NCBI GenBank assembly: GCA_951406725.2
Contig: OX597817.1
Span: 37,138,001 to 37,202,000, forward strand
DNA from: Octopus vulgaris
Taxonomy: Eukaryota
Length of the DNA: 64,000 nt
Reading direction: 5' to 3'
Each line of letters opens with the position of its first letter. The first letter of the stretch is position 1. Below the pieces are notes generated by a model. That model saw nothing but the letters and a program-made list of their open reading frames with translations. It was not told where the DNA came from and did not search any database. Below are positions 14,363 to 27,184 of the stretch, in pieces. Both the position numbers and the translations under genes were made by a program.

Positions 14363-14499
14363 GCAAGAGAGAGAGAGAGAAATAGTGAGGGGAACAGATA
14401 GGCTGTGTGAGAGAGAGAGAGATAGTGTGTGTGTGTGTGTGGTGCCGTGTAAATGACTCAGTTTATGAATTTTACCAGGACGTCATAAATATCATATGG

Positions 14500-15860
14500 A
14501 TTATAGGGGCTTCCAACATTTGACTATCATGTATAAAAATAATCATTAGCAAAGCAGTTTTTACTCAGTATGCAATTGAGACAGTTTTAAGGTTTGCCCT
14601 TGAGATTTATCGAATTTGTTCTGCAAGCTGAACTCTTCTGAATCATCTGTTGCTATGAGTGGAAATATGCGTATAAGTGTATCCCGTTCTTTGATGAACC
14701 CCATGAGAATAATGACATTTCGCATAAGTTTATTAACCAATTGTTTTGTGCCATTGCTTAGTCACAGTTGTTGTAAATTACGATGCAGCATTATTGGAAA
14801 TCCATTTTGTATCTGATTGCGTAGCAATAGACCTGAAGGAGCCAATTAATTAACACATTTTGCAAGATCGTAACCTAACTTTATCTAGCTGTTGCATGCA
14901 CATCTCGGATGTAACTGCAACAGCCTCCAATTGACGTTGTGCATCAATCTTTTTCTTCTTTTATTTTGCCACTTGTATGTTAGTTAATAGTGTTGCAGGT
15001 TCTGAAACAACTTCGGTACCAATTCGTTGGCTGTCTTAACCAGTGCGTTGATAGGGACAAGATATATGACACTATTCATAGAAGTTGCCTCTTTCCCTTT
15101 TGCAGCATTTTGACAAAATAATCTTATAATTAATATTCAATAGCCACCTGACAATAAGGTCTTAAATGTTGGGTTATCTCCATGAACGGGAAAGACGTAA
15201 AATTACTAGAAAATTTCATTGCAATTATGCATTCTTCCTCTTCTTTGATATGGTAAATTCATAGCGGTTTTTGGCTCCACCAGAGCAAACAAAGCACCGC
15301 TGAATCCCTTGGTGCCACATTTTCAGATATATTTCAGGAACTCAAAATTGCTGTTTGCATCAGATGTTTTTGTCAGTCATTTTTGTTTGTGCAGCCATGG
15401 TTTGGAAGCCTACATCCTTTGATTCGCTTTTATAAGACAGATAAATGATGCTGGAAATGTGGTGCCTTTATTGACTTCCAAGGAAATTTTTATTTAAAAG
15501 AAATATTTAGGCACTATAAACTCTTTGGGTTTTAACAATACTCAAAAGCATTTTCTCACTACATGTTACTGGAAGCTGTCCAGATATTCTAAAATCTTAG
15601 TCCTTTCTCAGATCAAGGCCGTATATAGTGTAAAAGTTTCATTTTCCGTGTCATTGTTGTGATGGAAATATTTACAGCAATTCTACTATGAAAGGAAATA
15701 CATTTGGTCCTTTAAATAAACGTAATGTAAACCGGCTTCTAATAAATTTGAATTTGAGCTTGAATTAATTAAAATCAACGAATAAGTCATTTTCAGAAAC
15801 TGAAGATCGTACCACAAATTTAGCAGTAGCTTTATGTTTAAGTTTCTTGTTAAAATCTTT
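14500..15860 (-). mobile_element. Helitron RepHel relic (PIF1-type helicase domain), many stops and frameshifts
   Basis: Minus strand 14842->14506 reads APSGLL...GFPIMLHRNL..*LSNGTKQLVNKLMRNVII...DTLIRIFPLIATD...DKSQGQTLK...CF...SNVGSP. Upstream are ANELVPKLFQNLQHY..KW and GI...SGG..TAMNLP...CN. The boundary above about 15330 is uncertain. Confidence 0.85.
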
Positions 15861-16197
15861 ATCTTGCTAAGGAGTAATAGAAAGCGATAGATGGAACGAG
15901 AAACAGATAAGATGAGGAACTCGAAATGGCAAAGATTTCAATGAGAGGATGAGGAATGTAAGATACAAAAACACCGGGTCGGTACAAGGATTGCAGCGAA
16001 AATTGAAGCGATAGATACAAAACAGATAAGATTAAACGGACGACAGATGCAATCCCGAATATATACTAAATTCAACATACATAAACACACACACACGCAC
16101 AATCACAAAAACACGCACTTACACACATTCACATTCGCACACACCCACATACAGGCACACGTATGTGTTTGTGTATAACTGTGCGTGCATGCATATT

Positions 16198-16269
<72 letters not shown>

Positions 16270-16539
16270 TGCATCCAGAGACTATTTGAAAATACCATCG
16301 ATAAGTTTGAGAATGCTCATACAGAAAAGTGTGTCAGATTTTTATGAAAATTGCTTGGATTTCTCCGATCCAAAGCATGGTGTATTCATTGGGGCAGCAG
16401 TGACCATTTCTTGAGTTAGACTAGTTACTATCCAACTTCCATTGTTCGCAAATATATTTTTGCTAATCACGAATATTATCTGCTCTCATCTTGATTTCAC
16501 ATAAATATCAAATACTGAATATTAGATATGTGTTGAAGG

Positions 16540-16880
16540 TTTGTGTATGCGGTTAAAACGTTCGCTTTCAAACTATTTGAATTTGCTTCCAAGGAAACTT
16601 TTTTTTAAAGAAATCTTTAGGCACTATAAACACTTTTAACAATACTCAAAAGCATTTTCTCACTACATGTTACTGAAAGCTGTACAGACATACTAAAATC
16701 TTAGTCCTTTCTCCGATTAAGGTCGTATATAGTGTAAAAGTTTCATTTTCCGTGTCATTGTTGTGAATTCGCTTCGGTTCCATTGCGTGGCATCTTGAGC
16801 AAGTGGTTTTTTCTGCTATAGCCACACACAGATTTATTTCTTATGAATGATTTCAGTAGAAAATGGGCTGTAGTCTGTCT
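16540..16880 (+). mobile_element. Old SINE family B head interrupted by a ~185-bp local copy of 15475-15662
   Basis: SINE B-like ttcggttccattgcgtggcatcttgagcaagt...ctatagcc resumes after the insert. The insert is flanked by tgaatt(t/c)gcttc. Confidence 0.7.
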
Positions 16881-17284
16881 ATACATATTCATGTGTGTGT
16901 GTGTGTAGTGCGTGTCTCTAAACATTAACAGCTTATAAACTGTTTTTTTACATTCCCTTAATATAGCGATTTAACAAACGGAATCCAATAGAAGAATTCC
17001 CAATCTTAGAATAAGCACAGTGTTAGATTTGATTGACTAAAAGCTTTAAAGCAATCAGTTAGAACATAGGTACAGACCAGAGAGTGAATCCAATAACAAA
17101 ACGATATAATATATAAGTGTATGTGAATGGGATTGCGTGTGCACGCGTGCGTGTGTGTAGACCACTGTACAGGAAACTACAAATAAATTGAAATCTTGAC
17201 CAAGCTTAAATAAACACTTGGCAGGGCTCCTTTCACAGTATCTGTTTTACTCATTGTTCCTCCTGCGCAGTTAAATTCCTCCTC

Positions 17285-17317
<33 letters not shown>

Positions 17318-17328
17318 GTAGTAGTAGT

Positions 17329-17374
<46 letters not shown>

Positions 17375-18089
17375 TTATACTTCCCGTGAATCACTCAAAT
17401 CGGAGAAGAAATGTTGCCTACGTTTTAAAGCTTTCCAGAAAATTTTAATTAATGGAACTATATGTAGAATCGGTATAGGTTGAGTGTCAAGAAAAAAAAA
17501 ACACAAACAAACAAACAAATAGGAAAAAGCCATGCATTACTACATTAAACAGAAATATATCGATTTTTCTCCTGTTTTAGTAGCGCTCAACTTAACCTTG
17601 TTACGACCTAAATACATTGGTGTATATGTATGTATAGGCATGAGTGCGTACGTATAATTTTTTGCTACATTCTAAGCAGAATACCACACACATATACACA
17701 CACACGTACACACAAATATATACATATATATGTACATTCAAAAATATATATATATATATGATTTATTTTTCTATTGTTTCTTTGCTAAAGTTGGTGAATA
17801 TTCGTTGTTCGTTATTGTGGTTTCCTTTTTGTTTGCTAACACTAACACAAGTATATAATATTCATCGTTGGTGTTGTCGTCAACGCCCTGTACATCCTGA
17901 TCATTACCAATTTCTTCGTGTATTTCTTCGTCGTTATTCATCATTATTATCGTCATCAACATCATGATATTCATCATCAACATTATCATATTCATTGTTT
18001 TCAACATCATCTTCGCCATCATCATCGTCATTACCATCATCACGAGTTACACAGTATATACCTTTAAATATTTTTATTGATTGTTGTTT

Positions 18090-18140
<51 letters not shown>

Positions 18141-18212
18141 GTAATATAGCTATATATCTATATATCTGTAATATAGCTATATATTTATATATCTGTCAGT
18201 TTTATAATATAT

Positions 18213-19940
18213 ACATGATGCTAAAGAAATAGCAGAACTATTGAAGAAACAACGCTGCTCTGTCTTTAGTGATCCCACTGATATTGACGTAAGGGAAGCG
18301 AACGAAGTTGGTTCCTAACATAAAATCTCGGACATAACCTTCACTACCTCAGACATCACAGCATCACTAAATGAGGTCAAATAATATTCTGCTGTAGGCC
18401 CTGATATATTCCCCGCTAGTTTCCTGAAGGAATGTAGACACCTGCTTACAGTCCCTCTGTTCAACCTCTGGAGAAATTCTTTAGACTCAGTTTATATACC
18501 GAAACAGCTCCTATCCAAGTCTGTCATCCCGGTTTTCAAACAGAGAAACAGATCCCTCGCAGTGAACTATCGGCCAATATCGCTCACCTCCCATATCATT
18601 AAAGTGTTTGAAAGAGTGATAAGATCAATGATAGCTGGCTTCGTGGAGATCCACACACTCCTAAATTCAAAGCAGCAGGGCTTTCGCTGTGGCAGGAACT
18701 GTCTAACACAGCTCTTACACCACATCGATGATATACTTAGAGCCTTGGGAACAGGTTCGAACTCTGATGTCATATATCTTGACTTCAGAAAAGCGTTCTT
18801 CAGAGTTGACCATAATAACTTACTCTCAAAATTGGCAAATGTTGCAAACACTGCATTGAGTATTTCCTGGCGAACAGAACATGTTGTGGTCGATGGAGTC
18901 CACTCAAGCCCAGCAAATGTCATCAGTGGTGTCCCTCAGGGGACTGTCTTGGGCCCGCTCCTCTTTATAATCTATATAAACGATATTTCCAGCGTCGTAA
19001 AACACAGCAAAGTGAAAATCATTGATGAAGAAGAAGACTGAACTCAAGTCCAGTCTAAACTTCATGCGTTGAGTCAATGGGCAGACAAAAACAAAATACA
19101 ACTAAACGAGAGAAAATTTGAGCTGATGAATTTTGGGAAAAAGACTGTGCTAAAATAACCATACTGTCTTACTTTAGGAAAGCCTCTTACAGCATCTAAT
19201 AATATCAGAGACCTAGGAGTAATGTAGATAACAATCTCAGTTGGAGTGCTCACATCAACAAAAGGTCGATATAGCTCGTAAGATGAGGTCCTAGATCCTA
19301 AGAGACCGAGAAGAAGGTGTCATCATTCCACTTTTCTCCTCCTTTGTACGGCCACACCACAAATACGGCTGCCCCCTGTGGTCTCCCCATACATAACAAA
19401 ACATCTCGAAAAATTGAATCACCCCAGAGGGCATAAACGTATTAAGGGCATGACTGATCTCGATTAGTGGGGCCGCCTTAAAGCATTGAAACTGTATTCT
19501 CTCCAGCGCCTGCACGAGCGATATTCCATTTGCACGACGTGGAGAATATACCGTCAGCATTGCCCAAACGACCTCAACATTAGCTTCAAAATACATCTAA
19601 AGCTAGGACCACGGCCCCTACCCAAATCAGGATTACAACACATAAATACACTGCAACACAATTTATTTTCCTCAACAGGCCCTGTCCTATTTAACACTGT
19701 CACAAAACAGATCGAAGAGGAAAATGATCCTATCACCCTTTAAACAGAATCTGGACAAATTTCTTCAAGGAATACCAGATAAGCCACCTATACCTGGATA
19801 CAACTCACTCAACAAGAACTCCCTACTCGAATGGACGACGATACCATAAAACTTGACTTTAGATAATCCTATCAGGTGGTACTATTAAGTTAGACATGGC
19901 CTGCACCAATCTTTGGTGGAAATGTATCTAAGTTTTATCT
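18213..19940 (+). mobile_element. CR1-clade LINE, 5'-truncated, decayed RT
   Basis: NYRPISLTS, QQGFRCGRNCLTQLL, DVIYLDFRKAF, SGVPQGTVLGPLLFIIYIND, RDLGV, CPLWSP. 3' UTR ends in an atctaagttt-like repeat. Confidence 0.95.
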
Positions 19941-21076
19941 GATTTAGAGAGTAGTTACATGACTTTCTGAAAGATAGCAGTCAGGCAATAGTGGTCAATG
20001 GCGCCACCTCAACGAAAACACAAATAATGAGCAGTGTTCCACGGGGCACTGTCTTGGGACTACTGCTTTTCATAGTGGCCCTCTCAGATGTACCCTCAAC
20101 TGTCCGGATAGCCACCCTTGCTAGCTACGCAGATGATACGAATGTCTCGCAGAAAATACAGAACCCCGGGGATGTTGCACATCTGCAGCAGGCATTGCAC
20201 TCAATTTACAGATTGGCTGAGGATAATAACATGCAGTGTAATGCTGAAAAATTCTAAGCCCTGCGCTACCAGCATCCGAAACTGAATATGAAACTTACAG
20301 GGTACAATGGTCCACAGAGAATTACAATCACAGAGCTTAAATCAGTGAGGGACTTGGGTATCGACATGAGTGATGATACCTCTTTCCAAGTGCACATCAC
20401 CAGGATGGTGACAAAGTGCAGACGACTGGCTTGATGGATCCTAAGAACATTCAGAACCAGAGATAAGGATACCATGATGGTCCTCTGGCGGACATTCATC
20501 CTCAGCCGCCTGGATTACTGCTCCCATCTATGGTCACCCAACAGTGTAAAGTTTACAGCGGACCTTGAAGAAATTCAGCGAAGCTTCACAAAAAGGATCG
20601 TCTCTTTGCAAATGCTCAGCTACTGGGAAAGGCTGAAACACATACGACTCCTAGTCCCTGGAGCAAAGACGGGAGAGATATGCAGTAATATACATCTGGA
20701 AAATCCTGAAAGGAATTGTGCCAAATTTTGGCATTGAAAGCTACACCAATGCCAGAACGGGTCGACACTGCATAGTGCCAAAGATCCCAGCAATGCCTTT
20801 GCACTTTTGGACCAGTTACCGCAACAGCCTGGGTTTCAGGGGCCCATAGCTTTTTAATATTCTCCCAAAGAACCTGAGGAATCTCCTCAAAGTAGATATG
20901 GACGTTTTTTAGATCAAGGCTGGACCTCTTCCTGTCTGAGTCCCAGATGAACCTACCTCATCAAACTCCGTTCTACACCAATTGCCATATATTAAAGGAA
21001 GATCTCAGTAATAAAAGTGTAGCAAAATGACGGTGCTCCAGCATGGCCACAGCTATGAGCTGAAACTACAAGAAAT
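19941..21076 (+). mobile_element. Second CR1-clade LINE (different family), 5'-truncated, abutting the first
   Basis: SSVPRGTVLGLLLF, SYADDT, RDLGI, LSRLDYCSHLWSP, LSYWERLK. 3' tail ggtgctccagcatggccacagctatgagctgaaac. Confidence 0.95.
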
Positions 21077-21083
21077 ATGTACG

Positions 21084-21129
<46 letters not shown>

Positions 21130-21295
21130 CATCCGGTTATTTCATCATGCTGAACCGTTAATCCACACATTCTTCCCTCTCGGGTTTTTTCGTTCTCCGT
21201 TTGTTACCGCACATCCTTTTCTCTCGACCATCAAACTAATACATCTGCTTACTGTTCCCTCACCTGTCTTTGTCTATTGTTTACATTTTATGTAC

Positions 21296-21398
<103 letters not shown>

Positions 21399-22924
21399 CA
21401 CTCTTCTTTGGCGGTAGCGTAGCAAAGATTTACAAATAAACTACACATACATATAAGCACGAACTCGGAACACACATACGCACACGTACACATGCACACA
21501 CCTAATTATGTGTGTAATTTTATGTTTTTACATATGTCTGTGTTTATGTATGTTTGTGTATACAGTTGGCGTTGTTTGTTGCAATTAAGTTCAATTTCCT
21601 AATATTCTGTACTAAACATAAGTATCTACTTTTGTAGAAGTGTATATTTTCTACTCTTTAAGTTATGTTAGTGATGTTTAAATAACGTTAAAGTTTCTAA
21701 ACTGGGATTGTATTTCTATAAAAATTTCGTACACGAGAGAAGTGTTATTTTGTTTCACTCTTGTTTTATTTCATTTTCCGATGTAACAGAATTTTGGAGA
21801 TCGTGAGCTTAATTATATTTAAACATTGGGTGTAATGTTGGTGTCGGGAGTTCTGGGGTATAAATATTCCAACACGTCTGTAATTGACAGAACGAAATTT
21901 ATCTTATCATATATCATATTTGCATTGAGAATTACACTGAATATCACATCTGTCTATCTGCAGAGCATAAGCGGGGAAACAACTCTGAAAACATATTACC
22001 TGCAGAATAGGAAATATTTTAATATATTATTTTATGTGAATGGGCTTTACAGGAAGGCTTTCGCAAATTTATTTCCTAAATGCACCTCAAAGGTACGATT
22101 CTTCTTTTTCGGCTCCCAAATCGAGCAAGAGGCTACTAGGCATGAAATGATGCTGTCAAATACATTGACACTCAATCATTTCTGGAAAGTAGGATATTGT
22201 CTATATTATTATTTATATCAAGGGTTTTCAACTGCGATACTTTATCACTAGAAGAAAATTTGGCCTATAATATATATATTATATATGTAATGATATATAT
22301 AATTATATATATAAACTATGGAAGGCAAAGTGAACCTCAGCGGAATTTGGACACGAATTTAAAGATTCGGAAGAAAGGATAATTTCAGCCAGACCGCCAT
22401 CTCATTTGAGATTAAAGTAACGTTTAAAATTGTATTTTAAATTCTTCTTTGTCGTTTCTTTATTATATTAGATGCCCAGACACCAAATTACTAAAGAGAA
22501 TAGGGTCGAAGAAAGGTTACTTTCAAAACGTTTCCCGTGAGTAAATGAAACAAAAACGGTTAGGAAACTCTGACCTGTATAGTTGTTACAATCATGAAAT
22601 TGTTCGACGTCATTATTCCTGACATATTTTCTACGAGAGAGACTTGTTCCAATATGCTCAGGAATTATATTTTATATAAGAAACAATGTAGCTTTTCTTC
22701 GAATCTCGTTCTAATTAGTTTTTGTTTGTTTATTACAGTAATATTGAGATCATACCTTCAGTGAATTTGTATCATTAATGCCTTGGAAAATACCCATTTC
22801 TTGAAGCTTTTAATTACTAAATTTCGTTGTTTCTAGTAAATAATAGATTTCAGGATCAAACCCGAGATGCTCACGATGATATCGTGATTATCGTGACTAT
22901 GATGATAAGTATCAGCTGCTAGGG

Positions 22925-23121
22925 AAGGCGAGTGGCCTGATACTTAGGGTTTTGCATTCGAGATAGGGAACTGTATTTTTTAGCAAAAACATTTCATCTC
23001 GCATTTCTTCCCTTCCCTAAGCTGTAAATGAATACGTCTGCGCTGGACTAGCGTCCTGTTCAGGGGGTGGGGTTGTGATTTCGGTCACTTATATGCGACG
23101 GGACCTGGGGTAACCGGCCCT
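22925..23121 (+). mobile_element. Degenerate tRNA-derived SINE with Meta-like block
   Basis: gtggcctgatacttaggg head, gctgtaaatgaatac and ctgcgctggactagcgtcctgttcaggggg...aaccggccc, similar to 1795-1862. Confidence 0.6.
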
Positions 23122-23126
23122 GTTAT

Positions 23127-23337
23127 TCTTTTACTCGTTTCAGTCATTTGATTGTGGCCATGCTGGAGCACCGCCATTAGTCGAACAAATCGACCCCAGG
23201 ACTTATTCTTTGTAAGCCTAGTACTTAGTCAATCGGTCGCTATTGCCGAACCGCTAAGTTACGGGGAAGTAAACACACCAGCATCGGTTGTCAAGCGATA
23301 ATGGGGGGGGACAAACACAGACACACAAACATGTAAA

Positions 23338-23423
<86 letters not shown>

Positions 23424-23576
23424 GACGGGCTTCTTTCAGTTTCCATCTACCAAATCCACTGACAAGGCTTTGGTCGGCCATAGGCTATAGTAGAAAACGC
23501 TTGCCCAAGGTGTCACGTAGTGGGACTGAACCCATAACCATGTGGTTCGTAAGCAAGCTACTTACTACACAGCCAC
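23127..23576 (-). mobile_element. SINE family B (tRNA head, CORE-like accttgggcaag, internal (CA)/(TA) microsatellite, CR1-type tail)
   Basis: Near full-length match to copies at 35947, 49653 and 60352. Confidence 0.92.
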
Positions 23577-23598
23577 ACATACACCTAAAATAAAGAGA

Positions 23599-23670
23599 TG
23601 CGTCGGCTGAGAGTCGAACCCGGATTGACTGCTTAGAAGGCAACCATGCTAACCGTTACATCACCTACGC
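23599..23670 (-). pseudogene. tRNA-Gly(TCC)-derived pseudogene, anticodon now TCT
   Basis: 72-nt cloverleaf GCGTAGGTGATGTAACGGTTAGCATGGTTGCCTTCTAAGCAGTCAATCCGGGTTCGACTCTCAGCCGACGCA. Mismatches in the acceptor (A-G) and T stems (C-A). T-run downstream, no CCA. Confidence 0.85.
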
Positions 23671-25549
23671 AATTCGAGGACTTCGGACATCATCATCAAC
23701 GAGTTTTACTTTTGTAGCAGCAGCATCATTATGGTATTGACCAGATTTGATTATAAGGTAAAGCAAAAGCGATTGTGATAAGCATAGAACGAATTTCTAA
23801 CCCCGATACAAATTTACAATTGCATATACATTAGAATGCACTGCCAACACAAAATGTGTTCTTATGTAAATCGCTCAGGAAGCTGTAGAGTCTAATCGAC
23901 CCTTTCGAAATTTCAATTCTGAAAACTGCAGTATATTGACTAAGTGAGAATATAGTATTCCTATTTATTGTAAACTTTACTAATTAATGATGATTGCATA
24001 GCTTAAGGATGTAAGTATTGTGAAGAAGGCTTATTAAATAGCCAATATGTCTTGTGATTTAGCGAGAAAATTTTGATGTAGGAAATCTTCGTTGAAATAA
24101 CGGCTGAAGAGGTTTAGGAAAGAAAGCACGCCTTCATATTGGTAAGCCGACAACTAGTGATTGCCAATTAGTTAAGAGTGGATGGAACGGACAATTGACA
24201 TTACGTGATGTTAATGGCATGAAATTAAAGGACTTAAACCTTTTGAACTGGATCTCTCATTAGACTCTATCACGCGATCCTATGTGTCTGTGTATATTTA
24301 GATGCTTTCTAACTTTATTTCAGAGGGGATAATGGCTTTTTGAATACACAAACACAAAGAAATATAGTCGCACATACAGTAACATATGCTTATATACTTA
24401 CACACACTATCTTTATTATTATTATTATTATTATTATGAAAACAACCAAGAAGGTACGTTTATTTGGTTAGAATATAGAGTTTTCTCGCAGTGCATTCAT
24501 ATTCATGGTTAAAGTTGAACTTAATAAATAGGAAAAGATACAAAGACATTCTGGCGAAATAACAATTTTCATGTTAACACGAACAACAGCTGCGTTTATT
24601 AATAGCACATCACAAACCATACAGGACTTACTGTATATCTATAGACATTGATAGAAGCCATATAACATAACAGGAAAATAATATTATTATGGCCTTAAAT
24701 AATATTTGAAAAAAATATATTTCTATGTATTAATTCTAAGCCTGCTCTGGAATATCGTGACGTAGCCAAGAAGAAAAATACCGATTAATAATTACGTTTT
24801 GGTTTATTGATTTATATCCATGCCTAGATTTCATATACAAAAGTATATTCTTTAAAACATTCCACATTGATAATTAATAGTTTTATTGTTTCCTTTATGA
24901 ATGTTAAAGCATGGAAGCATGTTGTAATTATAGTTTCAAATGAATGAATGTCAATGTCAATGGAAAAGTCGAGTAAACATTCAAATCAATTGTTGGATAA
25001 AAAACTTTTTCAACTAATCAGATGAAAAAATCACATCGTTATTAGCCTAGCGTTATATTGATGTTTCATGATTATTTCCATTTACTCAATGTCATATGCC
25101 ATCAGGATTTGCTGTACATAGATAAAAATAATAGAAAATCTAATGGATTTCCGTCGGTATTGACGATCATTAATCTGGTTCGAACAACGGAAATACCGAT
25201 TCATTTATACAAAGCGACTGAATATTGCACACTCGTTAAATTTAACGTGATCTACGGGTACAGTGAGTTTTACATATTAGCATGTACTAGGCTAGAACTT
25301 TGAATTACGGGGAAAATCCTGCCCATGGGCATTCACACAGTTTCCGCTTGCTCGATTTCCATTCACAAAAGTTTGGTCAACTGGACACTATACTAAAAGA
25401 AACTTTGCAACAGGATTGAACACGGGGTCTTGTGTTTTTAAAGTGAACATCTTAATCATTTGGCTATGCAACTTCTAGATACACACATTGATGCATACAT
25501 CATTTATACAAACATATATACATACACACATGCATAACACATACACACC

Positions 25550-25645
<96 letters not shown>

Positions 25646-25649
25646 CACG

Positions 25650-25857
25650 TACGAGGGGGTGCTGAAAAGTTCCTGGCTTTAAGGCTATCGCGAAAGGAGT
25701 CCCAAATTTCCAAGTTCTTTTACAGGGTCGAGAAAAACTGAAGGACCGCTGCAATAAGTGTGTGGATCTGAGAGGGGAACATGTTGAATAAAATCATAAT
25801 TAAGTGATCCTCCTGTATTTTCTTTTACCCACAGGAAATTTCAAGCACCTCCTTATA
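25650..25857 (+). mobile_element. Mariner-derived MITE / internal-deletion derivative
   Basis: TIR tacgagggggtgctgaaaagttcctg and degenerate caggaaatttcaagcacctccttata with TA ends. Retains the transposase C-terminus EKLKDRCNKCVDLRGEHVE*. Confidence 0.85.
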
Positions 25858-26034
25858 TATATATACATACACACTAGTGTTTGCTTTTATGTAAAGTTAT
25901 ATATAAAATCTAGTTCACATTAAACTGGAAGATTATTTAATACATATTTAGTAGAGCACATGCTTATTAAAATTGTACAAGAATAAGGATGGTAGTGAGA
26001 TCAAAGTGTCGGATTGTCCACTTTGCTCAGACTG

Positions 26035-26109
<75 letters not shown>

Positions 26110-26321
26110 ACACGCATTGTAATAATGAATCTTTAAACACATAAAGCTATAAATACTAGCATATAAACGTTGGGTTGAAAACTCTTTTAGATAGAAAATG
26201 GCGACGGTTGCTCAATATTTATATATTATATTTAGAGCGTAATGCGCTTCGAGATTCACTGTTTCAGAACATAAATATTTCACGTTTTTCTCGAACGGTT
26301 ACAAATTTTTATGACGTCAAC

Positions 26322-26363
<42 letters not shown>

Positions 26364-26977
26364 CTCGCGCGCGTGCCTGTGTATTTGTTTGGATGTGTGT
26401 GTACACACAAACACTTTTTTTTATCATACTTGCGTTTGTATCTCCCAACGTTGTCTAAATTACAGAGCCATAGCTATGTTTCCGTGTTTGAGACTAACGC
26501 TTTATCAGTCCGAAGTGGGTTTAAATAAAATCAAACACAAAAAACAGCAATTATATAAAATCAGTAGGAAATGTATTGATACAGGGCTGAGTTTAGTATG
26601 TTCAGTGCTTTAGGCCAGCCTAACAATATGCACTAACGTCTCCCAGCCTCGTTACATGTAATCTCCGCTATTTAACTATCTCCCCCTTTATACCAATTTA
26701 AGAATGCAATCAGATGATGCAAACATAGTGTAAATAAGAAATCTATAGATTTATGAGCATCCGTATCGTGGGGCAAACTTGTTACCTAGTGAAATCTGAA
26801 ATGCTTTACCCCAATCAGACAAATCCTAACACCACACATTCATTCGCCTCCCGATGCCTCAATTACTCTGTCATCCATCCTATCCGCTTCCAGGAATGAC
26901 CGAGCATTCTTATAAGTTTCCAGTTTTTTATTTCAATTAAACATTTTGTCAACATTATTCAGATTTGATCATAATAT

Positions 26978-27184
26978 CTGGCAGAATCGTTAGCACACTG
27001 GATAAAATTGTTAGCGGTATTTCGTTCATCCTTACGTTCTGCGTTCAAGTTCCGCCACGGTCGACTTTGTCTTTCATCCCCTTGAAGTCGATACAATAAG
27101 TACTAGTTGAACACTGGGGTCGATGTGATCGACTACCCCCCCCCCCACGGAATTATTGGCCTTGTGCCAAAATCTGAAACTAAT
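26978..27184 (+). mobile_element. SINE family A monomer
   Basis: ctggcagaatcgttagcac...gtcgactttgtctttcatcc...ggggtcgatg...ggccttgtgccaaaatctgaaac. Confidence 0.85.

Noticed and set aside
14616-14816. + strand ORF with GNPF suggesting an Academ-type transposase
   Set aside because: It is the antisense shadow of the clear minus-strand Helitron helicase motifs.
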